From assembly GCF_023055435.1 (NCBI RefSeq), contig NW_025963779.1:88598001-88662000 (forward strand): a stretch of 64,000 nt of DNA. The letters are read 5' to 3'. The stretch is from Haliotis rufescens. Its lineage: Eukaryota. Every line of letters starts with the position of its first letter. Position 1 is the stretch's first letter. Positions 13,401 to 28,400 of this stretch are shown one piece after another. The notes beneath the pieces are model-generated. The model made no database searches. It saw nothing but the letters and a program-made list of their open reading frames with translations, and was not told the origin of the DNA. A program made the position numbers and the translations under genes.

Positions 13401-16400
13401 GTAAGGTGTTGGTCTGACACTGCCAAGGACCTGGCTTTGAATACAGATTGGTGCAATGTGTGAATATTGGCTGAATATTGCTCAAAAGAAGCTTAAGATA
13501 TATTCTCCAACACCAAAGGGCACAGTTTCGCTGTGCCAGAAAAACCTTTCGAACTGGTTTGAATCCAAGATTTGTCCTGATTATATTTCTAGGTTTATCA
13601 GAACCACACCCATGCTTTTGGGTTTCACCAGAGTGGTAAACATGTAAGACCTGCATCACTAAGGGATTTCCTCCAGCATTAATAATTAAGCTAACTGAAA
13701 TTCTGTTCAAAGCAGAGTTAAACCAAACCAAATTCGTGTACCATATAGATCTATGTCTTTGACCAAACTCACTCACTCACTCACGGTAAAGCAAAGATTC
13801 TGAATTCTCTGACTGATGTAGACTGATATGTTTAAGACATTTCCAACAATGCACTGCATGCAATACAAGTCCCTGTCCATGTGACCTCCTTCTCCAAGTG
13901 GTCAGGTAGCCTAGTGGTTTAAGCCTTCGCTTGTCACTCCAATGAAGGCAATTACTGGTGTCATCATCCTCCCCCCCCCCCCCCCCCCCCCACACACACA
14001 CACCACTCACGCACTCACTCACTCACTCACTCACTCACTCACTCGTTCTCCATTACGTTGTACAGTGGACCTGCTGTTGAACTGTGTGAGGCGGAGGAGG
14101 AGGAATGGCCCCAGCGTGGTGGAGGCCTTGGAGAGGGCTACAGCGGACAGCATCATCAAGAAGGGCATCAACAGGTCGGTACCAGTCCTTGTTTCACCTG
14201 GGCAGCTGGAGACCCAACAAGGTCATTTGTGTCAAGTTCGGGATTATTTGTCAATCAACAATTATCTCAGTTTTCTCTATGTCTTTCTATCTTAATACAC
14301 ACTTTACAAGAAAAAGATAACCACCTCAAGGATTTTTTTCAATCTCCTCAAATAAGTCATCCTCAAGGCCAAAGTCACTGTTGTGCATCCCTCCCCGCCA
14401 TGTGTGTGTTACTTCCCTTGTACTGAAACTGAATTTAGCTGACTGTCCCCTCATATCTCCACAACAAAACCTGGAACTGTTTCATGGAGAGAGAGACAGT
14501 TTATGTAGCTGTGAGCAGCATTCACTCTTTTGAGTAAATTAAAGTCTTCAGTAACCCATGCTTGCCGTAAGAGGTGACTATGCCTGTCATAAGAGGTGAC
14601 TAACGTGATTGGATGGTCAGGCTCACTGACGTGGTTGATGCATGTCATTGTATCCCAACTGCGTAGATCGATGCTCAGGATATCAATCACTGGAATGTCT
14701 GGTTGAGACTCGATTATTTACAGACCGCCGTCATATAGCTGGAATATTGCTGAGTGCGGCATTAAACAACAATCAAACAAACAAACAAAGTAAGTTAAAA
14801 CAAGCTGTAGTTGTGGACAAATGTTTCACATACATTTGAAGACACTGAATAGCTCTGCTCATCATTACTGTTGTGTGAGACGTGCATCTGTCTGTCTCTC
14901 TGTCCTGCCCAGTACAAGTTTCGATGCTGCCCACCAGTGGCTGCTGACTGTGACCGTCTGCCACCTGCTCCACCTGCCTCTGTCCACGGTGTTCCTGGAG
15001 GAGTGTGCCCAGGCTGACAAGTGGCTGCCCTTCCTCTGGTTTGCTCAGCTGCATCAGTTCCCCAAACAACAGGTTCGTGTAACACTCGGTACTGATGATA
15101 TCATTGGTGTAACACTCAGTACTGACGATGTCATTCGTGTGACACTCGGTACTGATGATACACAGACGGTGTCATTCATGTAACACTCGGTACCGACGAT
15201 GTCTTTCATGTAACACTCGGTACTGATGATGTCATTCGTGTAACACTCAGTACTGATGATGTCATGCGTGTAACACTCGGTACCGACGATGTCATTCGTG
15301 TAACACTCAGTACTGACGATGTCATTCGTGTAACACTCAGTACTGATAATGTCAATCGTGTAACACTCGGTACTGACAATGTCATTCGTGTAACACTCGG
15401 TACTGACGATGTCTTTCATGTAACACTCGGTACTGACGATGTCATTCGTGTAACACTCAGTACCGATGATGTCATTCGTGCAACACTCAGTACCGATGAT
15501 GTCATTTGTGTAACACTCAGTACCGATGATGTCATTTGTGTAACACTCAGTACTGACCATGTCACTAGGGTTTAACCGACTATGTGTGTCTCTGGGTTCA
15601 GGGAACAGTGAGAGCTAATTTGTGTAGATCTATATAAGATAGCTATGCAATAAATTACAAAGAACAATGAAGAATGAAGTGTGGTTTATTTCATGATAAA
15701 ACACTGTTCTATCATGGCATCATTTCTGGAGATTCGAACATGGCTCGCGACGTTTTTTTGGTGAGGGAATAGTCTAGTGAGTTGTTCTCCATCGATGTAA
15801 GAGCAATGGCCAAACAATCCCAACCAAAAACAGGAGCAATATGAAAATCAGTATTGGGAGAGAAGGTACAGGTAATCATTGTGATTGTGAGAATATGCCA
15901 GAAATACCCACCTGTGAATAAAATGGACTTCTATTTAGGGGGTCATCATTATTAAAATACAAGTAAATATTTTTGAAGCTTGTACATTTTATCATCAGCC
16001 TTATAGAGTCTGTCGTTGTTTATCGAACAATAAAACACTGCAGGGAGAATAAAACATGAGGGTCGCCTCTCATGGTTTATTCTCTGAGCAGTATTTTATT
16101 GTACAATAAACAACGACCACGATTCATTTATTTCTTCAATACTTGTTCCGTGATGGTTGCTAGTTGAGGTATTCCTAACTTTGCATGCTAATGACATGTG
16201 GAGCCTGTTGTGTTTCTCCTGTAGGGGGTCACTATAGAAGTTCCTGACAATTGTCACAGAAACAAGAAACTGATATTTATCACTGAAAAAACTTGTATTT
16301 CTTATTGAGCTTGAATGTCAATTATAAAAGGACACTATTGACCACACTTTGGAGTGATATGGAGATGATATTCCCTAGCTTCTCGATGACTGACGCCAAG

Positions 16401-19400
16401 TGTGTTGATCAGTTGCAGGGTCTGCTTCACCAGTTCCGCAGTCGACATCTGCGAGAACACCTCCACTATGTCATAGAAAATGCAGATGCCAAGTCGGTGA
16501 TGTTGCGAAGGAAGTTGTCGGAGACGCCAACTGACACTCAGACAAGAGGCTCCACAAAGGATGTCAGATCTTCCCTTTATGCCAAGATTGGCTTGTCAAA
16601 GGGGAGAGGTAGGTTAACTTGTCTGTATCATGTCTGCAGCCATAGAAATTCAGCCTTTTTTTTTAGGACTAGTCCCGTGGAACCTTATTTCACTAGTCTT
16701 TGGAGTCTACCCACCTACCCGCCCATCCACCCATCAACCCGCCCATCCACCAACCTACCCACCCACCTACCCAACCACCTACCCATCCACCAACCAACCC
16801 ACCCATCTACCCACCTACCCGCCCATCNNNNNNNNNNNNNNNNNNNNNNNNNNNNNNNNNNNNNNNNNNNNNNNNNNNNNNNNNNNNNNNNNNNNNNNNN
16901 NNNNNNNNNNNNNNNNNNNNNNNNNNNNNNNNNNNNNNNNNNNNNNNNNNNNNNNNNNNNNNNNNNNNNNNNNNNNNNNNNNNNNNNNNNNNNNNNNNNN
17001 NNCNNNNNNNNNNNNNNNNNNNNNNNNNNNNNNNNNNNNNNNNNNNNNNNNNNNNNNNNNNNNNNNNNNNNNNNNNNNNNNNNNNNNNNNNNNNNNNNNN
17101 NNNNNNNNNNNNNNNNNNNNNNNNNNNNNNNNNNNNNNNNNNNNNNNNNNNNNNNNNNNNNNNNNNNNNNNNNNNNNNNNNNNNNNNNNNNNNNNNNNNN
17201 NNNNNNNNNNNNNNNNNNNNNNNNNNNNNNNNNNNNNNNNNNNNNNNNNNNNNNNNNNNNNCCCATCAACCCACCCAGCCACCCATCCATCCACCAACCC
17301 ACCCAGCCACCCATCAACCCATCAACCCACCCATCTACCCACCTACCCACCCATCTACCCATCAACCCACCCATCCACCCATCAACCCACCCATCCACCC
17401 ATCAACCCNNNNNNNNNNNNNNNNNNNNNNNNNNNNNNNNNNNNNNNNNNNNNNNNNNNNNNNNNNNNNNNNNNNNNNNNNNNNNNNNNNNNNNNNNNNN
17501 NNNNNNNNNNNNNNNNNNNNNNNNNNNNNNNNNNNNNNNNNNNNNNNNNNNNNNNNNNNNNNNNNNNNNNNNNNNNNNNNNNNNACCCTCTCAGTGACTC
17601 CTGCCTAGCTAACCATGGTAACAATGTCCTCAGGGAACGCGAGCAGTGATGAGGAGGACCACCTCAGCCTGGACTCTCCCCAGGGGGCTGCCCTTTCTCT
17701 GGATCAGTCACAACCAGGTGAGCAGGGAAAACTTTATCCAAGGTCACACATGGGCCTGGTTTCAGCCTTTAAGAGGCCTTAAAAAGTAATAATGCTTTGA
17801 AATTAACTATAATTTTGCAATCACAGCTGTATAGTGATTAAAAATTACAATAATAGAAGTCAATCTATATTGAAACACCATTGTGTTGACTTATTTTAAG
17901 CATGTTTTTGTTAGTACAGTTTGAGCCATTCTGACAATGAACTTAAGTAGGAATGTCCTAATAAATCTGTTTGATGCACCCCTGCATATTACCTGTGTGC
18001 TCATTTCCTTGAAAGCCATTACAGATTTTGTATTAACCATGCCATCTATACATGATGGACGGATGGATGGACAGACAGAGCAGACAGACAAAATTTAGTC
18101 TGTACCTTAGGCCCATAATACAAACAAGATAGAAAAGGTAAAATGTACATGCTGAATAAAGTACACTTTATGTTACGAGTTTGGATAGTGTAATCTGTAG
18201 GACTTGACACAGAAATTTAGTCCCACATTTCCACTGTGTGACTGTTGTAGTGGACCTGACCCTCACGGAGGACTCGGCGGGGGAGGACGTGTTCCAGGTG
18301 GTGTTCTCGTCCCAGGCCGCAGCGTCTCCCTGGAAGTCCCTCTTACAAGCATCCGTTGTCCTCCGCAATTCCCTTTTTGCTGAACTAGCTGCTTGTCAAC
18401 AGGTATAGGAGCTTTAGCGGAGTAGACTTTCACTTGGTGTTTTCCAAGGTTTGGTTTTCCTCTGCATGTCGTCTGATGTGAATGTGGGGTCAGTTCAATT
18501 GGACACCAAGACAACTTTTCTATTGTTTTACTATTTTTATCTTGGTAGGAAACCATGACAACATGAGGAATTATTTGTTGACCTCTTGAATCCTGTCAAA
18601 TGTATAATAACATAAATAAGAACTGTTTACAAGACACTTATGCATAAAGTCATTTCTTAAATTCGGTTCACATTTTATATAAATCTAAAAACTAATTACA
18701 GTTCAATTTCATTAAAATCCGATCTTAACTATGATACAAAACCTTATTGCGTGAAGATCTGAGGGCATATCCATACAAGGTAGTGTCAGGTGAACCCTGA
18801 GTGATCATTAACCACCCAATCTACATGAAGGATGCGTTGGTACTTGAGCCAAATCAGATGTCAGCTTTCTAAAGCGATTTGGCTTCATGTCTATATCACC
18901 TTGATTCCAATGTATTGATTTCTCAAACAAAACCACACAAGACACATACATGCTTTCAATGGTATCCCCTTTTGGGCGTGAAACACGACATGTTGTGTAA
19001 AATATCCACAGAATAACGACGGCATCTTTATTATGTATATTCTGGAAAGGAATTATTGGTTTGTTTTCAAAATACAGAAGTCAGTGCTGGTACTTCCTTC
19101 ACTCATACTGAGAATATAGTTCACCTGATGCACTTTCCATTGGGGTGTCCTCACTTCTTCATGCACAGAGGTATTGAATGGAGTGAAAGGTCTGATTTCA
19201 AGGGGACTTATCACAGTTATGGTAGGTATGGGATGACATATGCTTCAGCTTCTTGCTTTTGATGTTCAGGATGCTTCTGTGGCTGCCTGTCTGTGTGGAT
19301 GGTTGGTAGCAATGATGGACCGTACTGAGCATGCTCAGTTCCTGGAGGCTCATGGGAAGTCAGCCTCAGTTTGGAATATGGCAGAGCTGGAAGTTCTGAT

Positions 19401-22400
19401 TGACCTTTACATTGGAAAACACTGGGAATATACTCTTGCTACAGGATTTGACATATTTCAGACTGTAAGTATTAAGAATACAATCATGGGTTTCTTGAAA
19501 ACTTTGATGTCAAAGATTTGTCGTACACTCATAGTTGACAGTGGCTCAGCATGCTCAATATAACTTTTTATGACTTATTTCCTTGTGTTCTGTGTTTTTG
19601 AGCACCTAAGAAGTATTTCTGACCACATGTCTCACAACAATCCCAGTACACTAAAACTAAGTCTTTCCTTTGAGAACATTTATTCCTGTTTACACTTGGA
19701 TGGTCAGTTGACCTTATCTTGTCAAATCAAGACTGATAATGTCCCGCCAAGCTAGACGAGTCAATCAGGTGACATTTTGTTACCATCACGTGATTTGGAG
19801 CCATTCCATTACAGTCAAGTTTAAAATAGATGCACCACATGATCAGTCACATGCCATTACAGACAGGAAGTTTACAAACAGCAGATGATACATCATCGGT
19901 GAATACGATTGTTTTGATGCAAAGTTATCATCAGTTCAAGTTTGATTAAAATGGACATAAGTGAAAGTGTAAGTTTTTAGGGATGTTTTCATAACTTAAT
20001 AGCTTAACATAGCTTAATTCCTAACATAACTTCAGCGGAAAGTGGCAGACACTTTAATGTCTTCAGTGGCTTTGAAGCGTCTACCTTGATTACGTCATTA
20101 AACGTGTGGTCTCGCATATGTTTGGGGGCGCAAAAAGAAGTGAGAATCGAAAAAATGTGACATTGAGATATAAGCTTTATGAAGAAAACCTTTTGTCAAG
20201 CCTATCTAGTTGAATAATGTTTGTTAACCTACAGAATGACAGCAAATGTGACTGAGCTTGTTCAACGAATATTTGTTGACCTACAGAATGACAGCAGATA
20301 TGACTGAGCTCGTTCAACTAATGTCTGTTAACTTACAGAATGACAGCAGATATGACTGAGCTCGTTCAACGAATATTTGTTAACTTACAGAAAGACAGCA
20401 ATTATGACTGAGCTCGTTCAACCAATGTTTGTTGACCTACAGAATGACAGCAGATGTGACTGAGCTTGTTCCACCAATATTTGTTGACCTACAGAATGAC
20501 AGCCGATGTGACTGAGCTCGTTCCACCAATATTTGTTGACCTACAGAATGACAGCCTATGTGACTGAGCTCGTTCCACCAATGTCTGTTGACCTACAGAA
20601 TGACAGCCGATGTGACTGAGCTCGTTCAACCAATATTTGTTGACCTACAGAATGACAGCCGATGTGACTGAGCTCGTTCAACCAATATTTGTTGACCTAC
20701 AGAATGACAGCCTATGTGACTGAGCTCGTTCCACCAATGTCTGTTGACCTACAGAATGACAGCCGATGTGACTGAGCTCGTTCAACCAATATTTGTTGAC
20801 CTACAGAATGACAGCCGATGTGACTGAGCTCGTTCCACCAATATTTGTTGACCTACAGAATGACAGCCGATGTGACTGAGCTCGTTCCACCAATGTCTGT
20901 GTGTTCTTCCCTTTGTTTCAGTATTCACCGCTGCTTCCCTTCCTGAAGTTCCTGGCGGAGCTGACACAGGGAAGGAACTACAGCACCTGCACCCGTCTCC
21001 TGGGAGACTTCAAGGATGCAATGTCCAATGTAATTATTACCAAATGCTGGTTGCTCTCTTCCAATAATGGTTTGTGTTGTGTGCGGCTGTGGTGGTGAAG
21101 ACAATGCTCCAATTGTATACAATAGAGCTCTAGGGAGTGTAAGCCTATTACACTTGATTCAATCAATACTTGGTGGACAGATATGCAGTAACACATATTT
21201 ATCACCACTTCATAAACACCAAGTATGTGTCAGCTCTGTGTTCACACATATTATAATCTAGGGTGGATCCAGCATTTGTAAGAGGGAGGGGTCCAATAAT
21301 GACATCCTCTCTCAGGGCTTCTGGGGAGGGGATTGGGGTTCAAAAGGAAGATCTATCTGGATCCACCTATGTATTAACAGTTTCTGAAGTGATTCCGGGG
21401 CAGAACTGGTCTCCAGTCGTCTGTGCTTTATCATTAGAGTGAGTGAGTGATTTGGGTTTTAATATGGGAGGAAAGCCTGAGGGTGATGCAGGTCTCAGAT
21501 GTTTACCACTTTGGTGAGTGAGTGAGTGAGTGAGTGAGTGAGTATGGTTTTATGCCGCTTTTAGCAATATTCCAGCAATATCAAGGTGGTCGACACCAGA
21601 AATGGGCTTCACACATTGTACCCATGTTAGGAATTGAAACCGGTTCTTCGGCGAGACGCGCTTTACCCACTAGGCTACCCGACCACCCCAAACTTTGGTG
21701 AAAACCATGAGCCTGGGCATGGTGCTGACAAACCTAGGAACATAGCTGGATAAGCCGGGATGGTAAGAGCCAACTGATGACGAATCAGGATGTTGAAATG
21801 AGAGTCCCGGCTGATTGCCTGACATCGGACCCTGGCATCTTTGATTGTTGCTCATGCTGTCAACCACTAGTCTTCCTAGCCTATGCCATTAAAACATATA
21901 TCTGTGCTACTGTACATCAGCCGTTATGTCTGTAGATTATCTCACAACAGTGCTCATTGTTCCATTGTGTGCCAGTTGGTTGCACAAGTTTCCAATAATG
22001 GTAGCAAAATATTAAATGGCATCATTATGAACTCTATAATTACAGTAAAATATGTTTATAACGAACACACTTATAACAAACTGATGGATATTACGAACTT
22101 AATTTTTGGTCCCGGCCATTTGCTGTATAGATGTTGTATATATGTTTATAACGAACTACGGTTATAACGAACTAAAACTAGTGGTTCATTTGAGTTCCTT
22201 ATAACCGTCGTTTACTGTATCAGTTATTGATAATTACGCTTAATACATGAATTTTTCTATAGTCAAGAATTTAGTGAGGTGTACTTTTGAGATTTAGATG
22301 TGTTATCTTTTAACATTGCAGTACCGTGAGGGCAGAAGATTCGAATCTTCACAGCTGATAATTTTGGGGAACTGTCATTGGCTAGAACAGACAGCCAATC

Positions 22401-25400
22401 GGCTGCTACAACATCAGTTGCGCCACACTCCAAATCTATATGAGGCACTACGATTCGTTCAGTTATTGGATCAAGAAAATATTGCCCTTGTCTTCAGTTT
22501 TGATGGTATGATGTCTTTCGGGATTCAGTTGTTTGAACATTGAGATATTACTCCGTTTGTTCCTCTGAAGATTGGAACAGGAAACAGGCAATGATGATCT
22601 CCTTATGGAAGATCGACTTATGTATTTTATAAAGAAATACTATAACATTGTTTAAAGGTATGAAGTGAATATTTCAATTGAGTGAAGTAACACTTTTATG
22701 TGGAACTGCTGTCTATCTTCTTCAGTCAGTCTATGGTTTTCAGAGTAAAATCATGGAGATCATGTAGTAAAAATGTCATAAATAGAAAATTCAATAGTTC
22801 TTGCCCGATAAAGGTTTGCGACACTCCTGAAAATATCAGTGTTGTCAGGTCACTCTATGTTATTCTACTACCATAAAGGCCTAAAGGCCTGTATATATTC
22901 TAGTCTGATTTCAAATTTCTTGATACAGTCTCCGTAGCTATTCCGTAAAAGGTAAAGCAATGTTCTCATCTGTATGACAGTGCCCGACTACAGTCGTCTC
23001 CATAAGTTAGTGCGCATCCTACACGCCAACAACCTGGATACCGTGGCCTTCCCAGAATTTCTGCAGCAGGACGACAGCAGCCATAGGGAGAGGGAGAAGA
23101 CCATCGATGTGCTGATAGAGAGGAAGGCGTTCGCAGATGCGTACAAGTTCGCCCGTCTCACCAACCTGTCCTGTGACGAGATCACCCTGAAGGAGGTAGC
23201 ATCCGCTTGTGTTTGCTTCATAGGGGGCGCTTCAGTGCCAGACAATCCGGTGTTTATGTATTGCATCTCCAATAACTATTGTTAAAATTTTGGAATGAGT
23301 TTGCGGTTGATTGGCGCAGTATATCATGTAACTAATTTTGATTGTCAGTAACACCAAACAAGTGTCAATTATCCGCCAAGAGAGATTAAAAGGCAAATTA
23401 GCAGTGAAAATTATATGAATGAATGACTGAAAGTCGGTGATGACAAAACACTTTTGCCTGGGTACATGATGAGCTCATCTCCCTCACTCTGCATTTGCAG
23501 TTGCTCAAGAAGCAACAGATTTATTCTATCAGCTTTGTGTTAGCTTTGTCAAAGTCATTCGCTTGTTCAATATAGACTGGTCATATTTTATCAACAATAC
23601 ATTTCAGAGAGAAGCATGAACCAAATGAACAGTTAAATTCCAGTTGAAACATTGCAAACATTCTCACAGAGTAGCAAGGGCATGGGAACAGCCATGTAAC
23701 AAGAAGCATATGTTTCATAGGCTCAATCATCCTTTTTGTGAACACCTGGATCCACTTGCACAAAGCGTTCTTAGCGCTAAGATGATTGTAACTCCTATAC
23801 TTTAACATAGGCATACGATAGTCTTAGCGCTAAGATCGCTTTGTGCAAGTGGATCCTGGTCTCACCACTGATTTTCAGTGATCCATTCATATATGATTTT
23901 CAACTCTTTTTGGCCTTTTACGCTGTCTAGAATCTGTTTGGTCGGATAATCAAGACTGGTTATTCTCTGGCACTGACATTTTGCATTCCTTAAACACAAC
24001 AGCAAATAGTGCACATCAATGTTAAATGATTTTTATTGATCTAATTGATTCATTATGATAAAATATAACTACTTCCCAAGCTTTGTATCCCATTCAGAGC
24101 AAAGCCTTTGGGTAGAATAGCAGAGGAGATGTTGAGAGTGTCATATTATTATTCTTCAGGAGGAAGATCTTCTGATCAGCCCCTAGGCTCAGGATTTCAA
24201 ATGTTAATTCCTTTTAGATATACAATTGGTCATTTTACATAGCTCAAGTTCTTCTCTAGTTCTGCCTTCAGCTGGAGCCCATGTTGTGACCATGCTTGCT
24301 TCACCTTTCAGATGTTGACGGAGAAGGAGATGTTGCAGAAGACTCTGGTGTGGAGGTCGAAGGTCGCCAGGTCCCGCTTCTGGAGGTCATGTGCGGACAA
24401 GTTTAGACTTAATCAAGTCTCCACCACTAGTGTCATGGATTTCTTCAAAGTAAGATGAAACACGTGGACACGCTTTAGACAGAGATGATGAAGTATCCCT
24501 GTGTTATGGGTTTTCGGACGCTTAAGAAACAATTATAGTTTTCTCTCTAATCACAAGAACAACTGTAAAACATCTCACTAACAAATAAAAGATGACTTTC
24601 TCTTAAAAAGAAGCCATCATTTGGGTATCTACAATGTCTGTGTGATGCCACACCCATTGTTATAGCGCAAGTTTTTGCGATAAACATGGCCGCCCAAAAA
24701 CCTATGATCCGACTATACATAGACAAAGTGATCATGAGAAGAGAAAGTGAACTTAACTCACAAAAATTAAGTGCCCTGTGTTCATGCATTGTTTTTTGAA
24801 TAAATATCAATATTCCCCATTATAAAACATGAGGCCTTTTGATTGTTTTGCAGTATCTTGTGAAAATTATTTAGAATTAGAAGTTTACGGAGATATGAGA
24901 CTTTTGTAGATAACCTCTTTAGTGTTGAAATGCAGGGCTGCTTGAAAGACTTCACCACAAGTATAGTTCATTTGTTTCTTTGTAACAAAAACAACATATT
25001 GACAACTGTATTAATGTCCTATAACACAATTCAGTTTTTACTTCATCTGAAGCAATTGCCCACAGAATTATAGTCCAATTTTTCAATTTCAACCTATGTG
25101 GAATTTGATCTATAATGGTGCCAGCAGGAAACGATTCAGGTGAGCTACAGAGCCTCGTGCCTGTATTCGTACGCTGGAAGTCTTGACTTTCTGTTCAGCT
25201 GGAAGCAGAAACAATTGACAGCATGAGTGAGAAGGCCGGAATCTACCAGCTGTGTCTGGAACTGATGACGTGCCATGAGGCCACTGACAGCTTGTATGAT
25301 GGGGTCCACAGGCAGATGTGGCACTGCCGGATACAGGCCAAGATTTCACAACAAAAGGTAACATATACAGTAGTATAGATGATGGGGGTACTGCCTCACC

Positions 25401-28400
25401 CCACCTGGACTACTGCCTCACCCCACCTGGACTACTGCCTCACCCCACCTGCACTACTGCCTCACCCCACCTGCACTACTGCCTCACCCCACCTGCACTA
25501 CTGCCTCACCCCACCTGCACTACTGCCTCACCCCACCTGGACCAGTTCCAGCTCCTGAACATGCCTCCCATTTTCAGGCGGGGTGAGGCAGCACCCCCAT
25601 CAAGTATACTGCTTATACACACTGACACATATGACACACTATGGCTGGATGATATTGAAGTACACTAATGTTTGTTTCACCCTCTGCCTTTTAATCAATT
25701 TATCCTGTCTTTTGTTTTGTTGTCTACAGTGTTTTTAACTTAATAATTAAATAAGCAGTTTGTGAAGTTATTATTGTTCTTTCGGTGATCGGCAGCCATT
25801 TTTTATGTGAAGACACAGTGATTTGTTAGAAGGTGTTATGAGTGTTGTTTGTGACAGGGGGAGAGCGAGGAGAGTAGCGAGCCGGTGGAGGAGATCCTGT
25901 CTGTCATGGAGGCAACAGAGGATGGAAAGTGGTTAGCAGACAAGTACGAGCTGCTCTGTCTGGGCAAGATGCCACCCAGTAGAAGACAGTCCCATGTCTC
26001 AACAGAGGTACAGTAATGAATCATGTAGCTTGGTGCCTTGTTTTGTTCATCCTAGACACACTATGCTTGTGACACTGTATGCTACTATTATGTCAATTTA
26101 TATAATCAAACACTTAGCGTTTTTTGTTTCTTAGTTATATAATTGCTGATAATAACAGGCCATTTATATTGCGCACATTTCCACACCACTCAGGGGCATG
26201 CTCAAAGTGCTAATATTACCCTGGTCAATGGATCAGTGTGCACTCAAAAATCATTCTCAGTATACAACCCAAGGTGCCTGTGAGGTGTTAGAAGGTTAAC
26301 AACCACATTGCCATCTCATCCTACCGGGTACCCACTCACTGCTGGGTGAACAGAGGCACATTTCATGCAAAGTCACTTGCCCAAGGAGACACCACATGTG
26401 TTGCATGTGCTTCAGTGTGGGACAGGACCGAAGCCCTGGAAGCTCTCAGGAGCCAAGCTGCCGAAACGCAGTCACCCATCCAAGGATTCTCCATGACCGA
26501 CGTTGCCTAACTTCACCTGATTTCATACACCTGATCCAATACAACATAAAGCGATATTTATTTGTTCCCTTATTCTATATTCAGGGGTGGTCATATGGAT
26601 AGTGGGTTATGACACAGAGGTCTGAGATTGATACACCACAGAGTAGAATAAGCTTGGTCTCCCATCGTGTTATAGGGTTGCTGTTTGCACTTCAATGATG
26701 GTTTCAGGAAACAGATGCACTAAACTCACTGATTGGCCAGTTGCTGGATGAGGGGAAGATTCGTGAGAGTTGCCAGGTGACCAGTGTCTTCCATCACTAC
26801 AGCCAGGACCTTGCCATCATCCTTGTAAGTAGACCTGTGAAGATCCAGGGTAGAATAGGTCTTCAGCAACCCATGCTTGCCATAAGAGGTGACTATGCTT
26901 GTCATATGAGACAACTAACAGGATCGGTTGGTCAGGCTCGCTGACTTGGTTGATGCATGCCATTGTATCCTAATTGCATGGATCGATGTTCATGACGTCA
27001 ATCACTGGATTGTCTGGTCCAGACTTGACTATTTACAGATTGCCATCATATAGCTGGAATAATGCTGAGTACAGCATTAAACAACAAACAAACTAACAGA
27101 TGTAAGTAGCATCTAGTTATTGAAGTATGCAGTTGTGTTTTTTTTATGTTTATCTTTTTCTAAAGTGCTGATTTTTGTGTGTTTCAGACATGTGTACGGT
27201 TGAGTAATGAAACTGTTACTCGAGAAACAATGGAGCCTGAGATTAGGCGTCTGCTGACAATAGACAGAAGGTCAAGGTCAAGCTTTGGCTCATTTTCTGG
27301 TTTTAGTCGCACAGCAAGTTGTAAGTAATAACTAGAAATGCTTAGTTCAGTTGTACCACTAGAGGGAGCTGTGGTGTTCAGTTGTACCACTAGAGGGAGC
27401 TGGGTAGTTCAGTTGTACCACTAGAGGGAGCTGTGTTGTTCAGTTGGACCACTAGAGGGAGCTAGGTAGTTCAGTTGGACCACTAGAGGGAGCTGGGTAG
27501 TTCAGTTGTACCACTAGAGGGAGCTGTGTTGTTCAGTTGGACCACTAGAGGGAGCTGGGTAGTTCAGTTGTACCACTAGAGGGAGCTGTGTTGTTCAGTT
27601 GGACCACTAGAGGGAGCTAGGTAGTTCAGTTGTACCACTAGAGGGAGCTGTGTTGTTCAGTTGGACCACTAGAGGGAGCTGGGTAGTTAGGTTGTACCAC
27701 TAGAGGAAGCTGGGTAGTTCAGTTTCCTTTTGTTTGTTTACTCTTGCACAATAAGACTGCAAGAGGGGCAGTGGGGTTGCCTAGTGCTTAAAGTGGTTAA
27801 AGCAGTCACTTGTCACGCTGAATACCCAGGTCCGATTCCCCACAGGGGTACATTGTGTGAATCTCCCCCACATGGGTACATTGTGTGAATCTCATTTCTG
27901 GTGTCCCCATCCGTGATATTGCTGGAATGTTGCTGAAAGCGGGATAAAACCACTCACTCACTCACTATTACCTCTAACTGAATGTAATGATGTTCCTTTC
28001 ACTTCAGCTGTGAGTCTGGCAACTGCCTCAACTTGGGACTTTCTGCCTGTTGAGAAGGAAGATGCCATTGTTGTCATGGAGAAGCTACAAGGGCATTGTA
28101 ACCATGGGCAACAGTGCTGTCTGAGGATAATCACCGCATTTAAAGTTGCATGTGTATGTATTGGAACAGGGGTTCAATCATAATTCAAAGCTTTTTAAAG
28201 CTCTTTTATTTGAATATTATTAATATAAAAAAAGAACACATAATGTGTTTACATGTACTTGATTTGTTTACAAATGCTTGATGTGTTTACAGGTGCTTGA
28301 TGTGGATTATGCGCAAGTCGTTAACAGAGAGGAGTTTTCCATCCTGGATGAGCTATTGCGGACATCGTATCCCCAGCGGTTTATCCTTGCCAGGGACTAT

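Noticed and set aside
16293-17649. Long Pro/His-rich ORFs
   Set aside because: Read through N gaps and low-complexity repeat; only 16413-16608 and 17634-17717 are coding
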